From: a candidate division FCPU426 bacterium
GTDB taxonomy: Bacteria; Oederibacteriota; Muellerivitia; Muellerivitales; Muellerivitaceae
Length of the DNA stretch: 64,000 nt
Direction of reading: 5' to 3'
Assembly (NCBI GenBank): GCA_963796105.1
Contig: CAWCKJ010000004.1
Span: forward strand, 1,088,001-1,152,000
Positions 51,154 to 59,900 of this stretch are shown piece after piece; position 1 is the stretch's first letter, and each line of letters starts with the position of its first letter. Made by a program: the position numbers and the translations under genes. The notes under the pieces were generated by a model. That model was not told where the DNA came from, ran no database searches, and saw nothing but the letters and a program-made list of their open reading frames with translations.

Positions 51154-51828
51154 TTAGACGACCGGAACCTTGGAGAAAGCCTTGAAATAAGATTGGATGG
51201 ATTTTCTCAAGGCTTCCAACCTGGGTTTCATGGCCTCCACCGCCTGGACGTCGGCCATGTTGTTGGCGACGGAGTATTGGGTTTCCAGGGCGAACAACTC
51301 GAAGAAGCTCCCCTGCACCGAACCCAGGACGATCTTTTTCATCTCCTCCAGGTAAAGCGGAAGGTGGTGGAGGGTCTGGCGGGATTCCGGCACGAGGCCT
51401 TCCTTATGGAAGAGGTCGCTGAAGTCGTCCAGGTTGAAGAGGTAGAGGTGGCGGGCGAAGTGGGCGACCAATTCCGAGGCCCCATTCTTGGGGGAGGCCG
51501 CCAGGACTTCCTGGATGGAGGCGTAGCAGTTCTTCCAGTTCTGGTATTGGGGCTCCGACAAGTCGGAAAAAAGGAGGGTCATGAAGCGGTTTTGCTTCTC
51601 GCCGGAAAAGCCCGGCATCGTCTTGACGCAATAGTCCATCATGACGGCTAATTGGAGGGACTTGATGAACTCGTACTCGCCCGCGTCCATGGCGTAGCGG
51701 ATGAGGTACTCGAAACGGTCGAGGTTTTTGACGCCGAGACTGCCGGCGTTCAGGTCGATGCTTTTGATGATATGGAGATAAAGGGACTCGCGGGCAACTT
51801 TGAAATCTTCCTGGATCGGGATCGGCAT
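51154..51828 (-). CDS. Hypothetical protein
   Basis: 224-aa ORF with a GAGGTG RBS and no recognised motif. Confidence 0.7.
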   Translation of the reverse strand: MPIPIQEDFKVARESLYLHIIKSIDLNAGSLGVKNLDRFEYLIRYAMDAGEYEFIKSLQLAVMMDYCVKTMPGFSGEKQNRFMTLLFSDLSEPQYQNWKNCYASIQEVLAASPKNGASELVAHFARHLYLFNLDDFSDLFHKEGLVPESRQTLHHLPLYLEEMKKIVLGSVQGSFFELFALETQYSVANNMADVQAVEAMKPRLEALRKSIQSYFKAFSKVPVV

Positions 51829-52141
51829 AATTCCACCTCGCTTATGATTCTTAAGCCAAAGTGCGCTTCTCCCCTGGATTAAATTGTATCGCTGGGCCTT
51901 CCTGAGTTTTATAACCTAGATCAGATAACTCAGCGTTAATTGGCTGAATTTCAAGAAATTTCGCGGAATAATGAAAAATCCTTTTTTAAATGTCCTTGGT
52001 TTCATCCGGTAATCTCTCACTGATTCGGATTGAATCTTTGCCTTTATTCCCATTAATTTGCCACAGTTCGTTTTTGCGATAAAAGAAAGCGAATTGTTGG
52101 CACAGATTGTGCAGGTTTCCATGGTAAGGAAGGTGAGGGTC

Positions 52142-52321
52142 ATGGAAATCAACTGCGAGGAAGTTCGTAAAAATCTTCAGGAATATCGGGAACACAGGTT
52201 AGGGCCCCCTCAAAAGGGCCAGATTGAAAGGCACCTTTATTATTGCCCGGAATGTATTTTCCACCTGGCTTTGGTGACCGCAAGGAGCCTGGAGAAACAG
52301 GAGATTGTTGCGGGATCATAA
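52142..52321 (+). CDS. Small zf-HC2 (anti-sigma-type zinc finger) protein
   Basis: C.EVR..L..Y....L......IERHLYYCPEC (C...HxxxCxxC); GAGG RBS. Confidence 0.75.
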   Translation: MEINCEEVRKNLQEYREHRLGPPQKGQIERHLYYCPECIFHLALVTARSLEKQEIVAGS

Positions 52322-52345
52322 AACTAGAAAGCTATTTAAAGTTTG

Positions 52346-52380
52346 AAAGCCGGGGTTTCCATCGAAAACCCGGCTTTTTT
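52346..52380. terminator. Intrinsic terminator between convergent genes
   Basis: AAAGCCGGG...CCCGGCTTTTT. Confidence 0.75.
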
Positions 52381-52457
52381 GTTAAAGAGGCCATTAAATG
52401 ACTTGGGAAAATTCACCCCATTAGGTGATTCCAAAATCATTTCCAGCCTGGTTGGGT

Positions 52458-53492
52458 TTAAGTCTTCTCAAAACCCTTCAACTGATAAATTCCAATCGAC
52501 AAGAGCCAACCCATAATGAACACTCCCACAACCACGAAACCAAAGTTCGTCAGGTTGTCATTGAGAGCTTGGATAAAGCCAAAAAGCCCTCCCCGAAGCC
52601 CCAGTTGTGTGGCCAAAAGTCCCAGGGCTTCCAGGGATCCGATCAAAAGGGCCACCAGCACCGAAAGGGATGTCAGGGTCAGGTTGTACCAAAGCTTCCG
52701 CAGGGGATGGATGAAAGCCCATCCATAGACTCCTGTCATGATCACGCTGTCGGTCGTGTCCACCAGCGACATTCCCGCAGTAAAGAGAACAGGGAAAACC
52801 ATGGTCGTCCCGAAAGGCAATCCTTGAACGGCTTGAGAAGCCGCGATCCCCAAAAGGCCGATCTCCGTGGCCGTGTCAAAACCCAGCCCGAAGAGGAAGC
52901 CCACGGGATACATGTGGCGGCTTTTCGTGACGCCGTTAAGGAAAGGTTTGAATAGTCGGGATAAGAATCCCCGGTCCCAAAGCAGTCCGTCGAGTTCCCC
53001 TGGGCCGCCAGGTACTCCCCTCCGCTCGCGCCGAAACACCAGCCAGATTCCCTTGAGAACGAAAAGGTTGGTGATACCGATGGCGAGCAAAAAGAAGGCC
53101 GATATTGCCGTGCCCATGAAACCGCCGATGGTTCGAAGGCCTTCCAGGCGATCCTGGGAAAGGCTGATCGCGGTGGCCAGGACCGCCGAGGCCAGGAGGA
53201 CTATCGTGGAATGTCCCAGGGAGAAGAAAAGGCCGACCGAAATGGGCTTGCGGCCGTCCTGCATAAGCTTGCGCACCACATTGTCGATTGCCGCGATATG
53301 GTCCGCGTCCATCGCGTGGCGCAGTCCGAAGAGGTAGGCTAGGAAAGCGGTTCCCAAAAGCGCCGGGTTATGGGCGAAAACCTTCCAAGCCCAGGCCCAC
53401 GCCCCCAGGTTGAAAACGACAAGCCAAAAGTAAAGCCCGAAGGTCTTGGCCTTGGCGCCTTCGGAGCCGTCATTAAAGATTTTTAACCACAT
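52458..53492 (-). CDS. NiCoT (HoxN/HupN/NixA) nickel/cobalt permease
   Basis: GLRHAMDADHIAAIDN, FFSLGHST, GFLFGLGFDTATE. Confidence 0.95.
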   Translation of the reverse strand: MWLKIFNDGSEGAKAKTFGLYFWLVVFNLGAWAWAWKVFAHNPALLGTAFLAYLFGLRHAMDADHIAAIDNVVRKLMQDGRKPISVGLFFSLGHSTIVLLASAVLATAISLSQDRLEGLRTIGGFMGTAISAFFLLAIGITNLFVLKGIWLVFRRERRGVPGGPGELDGLLWDRGFLSRLFKPFLNGVTKSRHMYPVGFLFGLGFDTATEIGLLGIAASQAVQGLPFGTTMVFPVLFTAGMSLVDTTDSVIMTGVYGWAFIHPLRKLWYNLTLTSLSVLVALLIGSLEALGLLATQLGLRGGLFGFIQALNDNLTNFGFVVVGVFIMGWLLSIGIYQLKGFEKT

Positions 53493-53558
53493 CTTATATG
53501 TCCCCCGAGAAATTGCTTCCCATCGCTTTTTGGCATCCCTTCCTCTTAAACACAAGAT

Positions 53559-53972
53559 TCAAAGTTTCTGGCCCGTTGAACTGAGCGAAATGGCCGCGTG
53601 CAGGACGCCTTTCTCCTGGCGCATGTGGTCAAACAGGTGCCGTATATCGGCCGCTTTCCCCTGAACCATGATCATTTCGGCGCAGATTCGCTCATCCAGG
53701 TGCACGTGGGTGGAAGCCAGCACCTTAGCCGCGTGATGGTGCTGGGCCTCGATCAACTTCTCGCTCAGGCGCCGCTTGTGGTGGTCGTACAGGAGGGAAA
53801 GGGTGCCCAGCGCCTCGCCGTCCGTTTCCCATTCCCCCGCCACCAATTTCCCGCGAACCAGGTCCCGGATGAATTCGGATCGGTTCTCGTAATGGCTTTC
53901 CCGGATCATCCTCTCGAGCTTCTCGGCCAGGGGTTTCTCGATGGAAAAACTGAATCGCTGAAGCAGCGGCAT
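53559..53972 (-). CDS. nikR: Nickel-responsive transcriptional regulator
   Basis: RFSFS..., YENRSEFIRDLVR, YDHH, QH, HVHLD...CAE. Confidence 0.95.
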   Translation of the reverse strand: MPLLQRFSFSIEKPLAEKLERMIRESHYENRSEFIRDLVRGKLVAGEWETDGEALGTLSLLYDHHKRRLSEKLIEAQHHHAAKVLASTHVHLDERICAEMIMVQGKAADIRHLFDHMRQEKGVLHAAISLSSTGQKL

Positions 53973-54115
53973 GGCTCATTTCTCCTGACCCGATTTTTTC
54001 AGAGGTTATAATTTTAAAAAAAGGGGGCTCCGATAGGTGTGATTAAAATCATACGAATGAAATAATTTTCATACTGACGAATATATGCACGAATTTGGCT
54101 TTTTTGAGGCGGGGT

Positions 54116-56059
54116 TTAAAACTGGATGGAGGCCCCCGTTTCCAGGTACCGTCCCGGCATGGGAAGACCCTGGATAGTGGCGTAGGCTTGGTTGAGAAGA
54201 TTGGTTCCGTTTAGGAAAATCTTTAAAGTTTTTTGAATTTCCCAATTGAATTCCGCGCTCAAAATCCAATAAGAAGAAGCTACGATGAGGGGCGGACTAT
54301 CCTGCCGTCCGAGGTAAACGGCCGGGTTATGGTCCGCGAATTGTTCATACAGGGTCAGGGCCATTCCATTCTTGGGATTAATCCTGAAACCGCCGTTTAA
54401 TTTCTGCCGCAAGCGGGCGGGAATCAATTGGTCCCTGTCCGTGTCGAGGGAATCGATGTAGGTATAACTGCCGTAAGGTGACAACCAAGAGTTTATTTCC
54501 CAATTAAAACTAGTTTCAATTCCGATCAGCCTGGAATTCGGGATGTTTTCGAAGGTCCAGAAGGTGGCGGCGTTTTGGGCCGGGATTATGAGATTTTTGT
54601 AAAAACTGGCGAAGATATCGGCTTTCCATGTAAGGTTTTTCCAACCGCACTGGGCCCCACATTCGCTGTTCATGGAACTTTCCGGTTTTAAAGCAGGATT
54701 GCCTGCTTCTCCCGCCCCGAATTCCACCGGTGTGTTGGGGCCCAGGATGTAGGTAATGTCGGGATGGTAAAGTTCATCAAAGCCGGGATAGCGGAATCCC
54801 GTTCCCGCTTTCAAGTAAAGGAATTTGCTAGGACCCGCCTCAAACCGAAGGCTTCCCCCCGGGTTGAAAACGGAAATGCCGTAATCGTTGTATGAATCCA
54901 ACCTGGCGTTTAGTTCCAGCGAAAGCGAGGGGGTTAGGGCAAGGTTTCCATTCGTGAATAAGGAAAGCAAGTTATCCGCGCGGTTGCCGCCGCCCAGGCC
55001 CTCGGTGTCCTGGATGTTTTGGCTTCTAAATTCCATGCCGGCGGATAGGGCGCTGAGTAATGACTCCCAATGGGCGGAAGCCGTGGCGAGAAAATCAAAG
55101 GTGTTGTAAATATTCTGATCCTGAATGGGGACGCCCGCTGAGGCGTCAGGCCCCAAAGGGTTCAACCTCAGAACGTTCGCGTAATCGTATGAAAAGGACG
55201 GGTTGAGAGTCCAATTCCCCAAGGGCCGTTTGTCGGACAAAGAGGCCGTGAGAGCCTGTTTCTTTTCCCGGTCGTCGGCGTCGAATTGTCCCGTATCCTG
55301 GGCCGAGAGACTGTCCCCATTGGGGGCGCCGCCGTTTTTTTCAACGTAATTGGCGTTCAAGTCCATGCGATCCAGGCCCAAACGGAAGCTGGAGGAATGG
55401 TCCAACTCCCAGGAAGTCTCGTCGGTGTTGGCGGTGTAGCCGCTGGTTTGGTACCAGTTGCCCCCGAAGGAACCTTTCCAGGTGCTGAGATTCAAGGTTC
55501 CGGTGGATCCTTGAAATTGATAAGTGCCGAATGTTCCCGCTAAAACCTCCAGCGCGGGCTCTTTGTTCTGGGCATGGGTAAACACGTTGACGACCCCGCC
55601 GGTGGCGTCGGTCCCATAGATCAAGGCGTCAGGCCCCTTGATGATTTCGATCCGATCAATATCCCCGGTGGGAATCATGCCCAGGTCGAAACCCTGGTTG
55701 ACCCTTTGGCCGTTCAACAATATCAGGGTTTGGTTGGAAGCCGCGCCCCGGATGCTGATGTTGCTGAAACTCTTGGCCCCGCCCAAGCCCTGGGATTCCA
55801 CGGACGAAACCCGGTCCAGCAGGCTTCCCAAACGGCCGTCGGATTCCAATGAGCCCAGGTCCTGTCCCTTGATGATCTCATTCTCGTTTTTCTCGCCGTA
55901 AACGACCACTTCTTTCATTTGATAAATGTTATCGGAAGGCGAGGGAACGGGGGTTTGGGCGAAGAGGCTGAGTTTCACGGACAGGAACAGGAGCATAAAA
56001 ACCAGTTCCCAAAATCGGGAAAGGTTTTTCATTTTCAGGGAAGCGCCGGTTTTTATCAT
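54116..56059 (-). CDS. TonB-dependent outer-membrane receptor
   Basis: Plug motifs ISIRG..QTLILLNG and IDRIEIIKGP.ALIYG..ATGGVVN, GNPALKPE, C-terminal NLLN..Y....PGR......IQF. Start may be 56032. Confidence 0.92.
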   Translation of the reverse strand: MIKTGASLKMKNLSRFWELVFMLLFLSVKLSLFAQTPVPSPSDNIYQMKEVVVYGEKNENEIIKGQDLGSLESDGRLGSLLDRVSSVESQGLGGAKSFSNISIRGAASNQTLILLNGQRVNQGFDLGMIPTGDIDRIEIIKGPDALIYGTDATGGVVNVFTHAQNKEPALEVLAGTFGTYQFQGSTGTLNLSTWKGSFGGNWYQTSGYTANTDETSWELDHSSSFRLGLDRMDLNANYVEKNGGAPNGDSLSAQDTGQFDADDREKKQALTASLSDKRPLGNWTLNPSFSYDYANVLRLNPLGPDASAGVPIQDQNIYNTFDFLATASAHWESLLSALSAGMEFRSQNIQDTEGLGGGNRADNLLSLFTNGNLALTPSLSLELNARLDSYNDYGISVFNPGGSLRFEAGPSKFLYLKAGTGFRYPGFDELYHPDITYILGPNTPVEFGAGEAGNPALKPESSMNSECGAQCGWKNLTWKADIFASFYKNLIIPAQNAATFWTFENIPNSRLIGIETSFNWEINSWLSPYGSYTYIDSLDTDRDQLIPARLRQKLNGGFRINPKNGMALTLYEQFADHNPAVYLGRQDSPPLIVASSYWILSAEFNWEIQKTLKIFLNGTNLLNQAYATIQGLPMPGRYLETGASIQF

Positions 56060-56084
56060 TGAAAAGATATTTTTCCGTTTCCGT

Positions 56085-56582
56085 TTAAAGGCTTAATTCC
56101 ATCCTGTAATCGTCCATTAAAAAGCCGTTTCCGATATCCGTCATCACCGGACCCGTGACCACAAAACCCAACTTCTTATAGATTTCCACGCTCGGGTTGC
56201 GCTTATGAACGGTCAAGGTGATTTTAGGAAGTTTATTTTTCCGGGCCAATCCCCGGACCCAATCCACGGCTTCCCGGCCGTAACCCATGCCCCGGAATTC
56301 CCCGGAGAGGTAGAACTTGCTTAGGAATAATTCGCCTGGTTTGAGCAAGACGCACAGGTAACCCATCCCCATTTCAAGTTCCCCCATCAACAAGTAATAA
56401 AGATTACCTTCCATGAGTTGGCTTCGGATTGCTTCCTGGGATTGGAATTTTCCCACCATATATCGGACCTGATCCCCGCCGATGATGGGAGTGTAATGGT
56501 CCATCCAGATTTTTTTCGCTAAGGTTTCAACGAGGGCGATCGAGGATTCGTCATCCAATTCAATGGGTTTTACTTGAATCAT
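56085..56582 (-). CDS. GNAT acetyltransferase
   Basis: LFLSKFYL..EFRGMGYG, LTVHKRN..YKKLGF, MDDYRM. Confidence 0.9.
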   Translation of the reverse strand: MIQVKPIELDDESSIALVETLAKKIWMDHYTPIIGGDQVRYMVGKFQSQEAIRSQLMEGNLYYLLMGELEMGMGYLCVLLKPGELFLSKFYLSGEFRGMGYGREAVDWVRGLARKNKLPKITLTVHKRNPSVEIYKKLGFVVTGPVMTDIGNGFLMDDYRMELSL

Positions 56583-56982
56583 TTTCTTTTTTCCTGATAG
56601 GCCTCAACTCGGGGAAGTATTGTATGGCCAAGTCATTTTTATCCAATCCCCAGTGGGAAAAGAGGTTTGTTTTAAGTCAAAAATCACCCCAATTTCGCAA
56701 AAAAACTGACATTTTCAGGTTCATTGTTTATCCTTGGAAATAATTTAGAAACAAAAAGCAAAAGGGTTTACTTAAATAGACAAGTGAAATTCCACGATAT
56801 TGTCCCACTTAAATCATTGAAAAAACGCTTTCATGCAGAATTTAACGTTAACAAGATTTTTTCTATTTTTATTGGGATTTTATAGGGTGATTGGCTGGTA
56901 AAAGCCCAAATTTTGGAATGGATTATGCGAATACAATTAAGCATCTGGTTTTTGGATAAACCGGTTTCACGATAGGCAGAAT

Positions 56983-59900
56983 ATGGCCTTAACTCAAGCT
57001 AAAGGGATTTTAACGGATCAACGAATGGGGAATAAGGAAACTTTTTCAAATTTTAATTCTTTTTCCAAGGCGCTTCAGGTTTTTTTAGCGCTAATGGGTT
57101 TCATGTTGTCATGCGGCGCTCCTTCTCAAACCAAGGCCCAATGCACGCCTAGCTCCGCTAAGATTTGCGTATCCAGCGACGACTGGTCCCAGGTCTATGT
57201 GGGCGGCGTTTACCTGGGACAGATCAATTATTGCAACTGGGACGGCAGCGGCAGTTGTCCCCCGGGCTGCATCACCGTTCCCACGTCCCTCTTAACCGGC
57301 TCCCAAGTTTATCTCAGCGTTTATACCCAAAACACCGCCTGCAATAACCTTTACTCCTCCTGGGACCTGGACATCACCTGCTCCAACGGCCAGCACTCCG
57401 AGATCACCAGCGGAAGCGGCGGCCTCAAGATGGATTACATCAGTTCGGGGAATCCCACGACTCCCCCCGCCACCAACTGGTACGCGACCGACTACAGCAC
57501 CAGCGGATGGGGCAGCGCGTCCCAGGTCAGCGCCACTTCTTCCGAATGCTGCTGGGGCCAGAGCCTTTGGAACCCCGTGAGCGGCGCGAGGGTTCCTTAT
57601 GTATCCACGGACGCGAACGGGGACTACAGCACCAGCAACTGCAACGGAGCTTTGTTCTTCTCGCAAGCTGTGGCGATACCGGCGTCTTCTACGACTCTGG
57701 GCCCCCCAAACTTCACGGTTGGGAAATCGGTCTGCGGCGGACCCAACGAATCCAGCAGCAATATCGGTTACGAGTTTTGCCTGACGGTCTGCAACACCGG
57801 CGGCCCCCAGACTGGCGCCGTCACCCTTGCGGATAACATTAGTCAAAGCTATTGGCAATCACAATCTTTCTTTGCCGGTGGAGTTTCCGTCCAAAATGGG
57901 AATTACATCGCCACCGAGCCCTACGTCAGCGGCCAGGGGGGAAGCGGGGTTTCCATCATCTGGCCGGAAGGGATCGCCGGAAATTCCTGCGTTACCTTCC
58001 AGGAATACGCGTGGGATTTTAATGGTATGCAAAATAATCAATGTACAACAGCAACCAACAATTTTAACATCGAGGGAAAAACCTCCAACACGGTTACTTT
58101 CAACATCCCTTGCTGGACCCCGACCTTTACCTGGTCCAACACGCCGACTTATACTCATACTTTTACCTATACCCCGACATTTACCTATACCCCCACCCCG
58201 GCGCTAACCCCCACCTTTACCCATACTTACACTTATACTTACACCTATACTTATACCTATACCGCGACTCCGACCCCCACCCACACTTATACCTATACCC
58301 CGACCATCGCGGTCACGCCCACCTTTACCCACACCAACACCTACACCTATACCTATACTCCCACCCCCACCTACACTTATACCTACACCCCGACCCCGGC
58401 TGTTACGCCCACCTTCACCCATACCAATACCTACACTTTCACGTATACCTTTACGAATACACCGACGCCCACTCCCACGAGAAGTCCCACCCCCACGCCC
58501 ACACCCACAGTATCGCCAACCCCGACCCCGACCCGGACCCCGACTCCCACACCAACCGTCACGCCGACTCCCTCCCCGACGAATACGCCTTCTCCTACAC
58601 CGACCAGGACCCCCACCCCGACCCCGACCATCACACCGACACCCACCCCTACGGTGTCGCCTACCCCGACTCCAACACGGACTCCGACTCCCACGCCAAC
58701 CATTACGCCGACTCCCTCCCCGACGAATACGCCTTCTCCTACACCGACCCGCACTCCTACTCCTACGCCTACCATTTCGCCTACCCCGACACCGACCACT
58801 ACCCCGACCCCCACGCCGACTCGAACCCCGACCCCCACACCCACCACTACGCCGACCCCCACGCCGACCAATACTCCGACCCCGTCCCCGACATCCACGC
58901 CAAGCCCGACTCCGACCCGAACCCCGACCAACACTCCCACTCTGACGCCGACCCCTACTCCAACCCTGACGCCGACTCCGACCCCAACAACAACCCCGAC
59001 TCCCACCCCGACCCGGACCCCCACACCCACGCCCACCAATACGCCGACACCCACGCCGACCACGACCCCGACACCTACTCCAACAAGGACTCCGACTCCA
59101 ACCCCTACTAACACCCCGACACCGACACCCACAACGACGCCGACACCTACGCCCACGAACACACCCACCAGGACACCCACCCCCACTCCGACCCCGACTC
59201 CTACCACCACGCCGACGCCCACTCCAACCCATACGCCGACGATCACCCCTACCCCTACCAATAGCCCTACGGGAACCCAATCGCCCACGAACACACCTAC
59301 GATCACCCCGACCAAGACCACAACCCCGACACCCACCAACACCCCAACCATCACGCCTACACCGACTCCGACCAATACACCGACAAGAACACCTACTCCC
59401 ACGTCAACTCCCACCCCGACGACCACGCCCACTCCTACTCCCACGAATACGCCAACCCCCACACCCACCAATACGCCGACGCCCACCCCCACGACCACTC
59501 CGACGCCGACTCCCACGAGAACCCCGACCCCGACACCCACCAACACGCCGACGCCGACCCCGACCACGACGCCGACTCCCACATCCACCAATACCCCGAC
59601 GCCGACCCCGACCCGTACGCCCACTTCGACCCCCACGATCACGCCGACACCCACTCCGACGAGAACCCCGACTCCCACGCCCACCAACACCCCCACTCCA
59701 ACCCCGACGACTACGCCAACTCCTACGCCTACCAGCACCCCGACCATTACCCCGACACCGACGAATACCCCTACGGGAACCCAATCGCCCACGAACACGC
59801 CCACCATCACCCCGACCAAGACGCCGACCCCGACTCCCACACCCACCCCAACAGTGACTCCTACGCCCACACCCACTAACACTCCGACGAATACCCCGAC

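Noticed and set aside
54037..54074. Canonical NikR operator
   Set aside because: Half-sites are present but not with the 16-bp spacing, so it is only mentioned in a finding.
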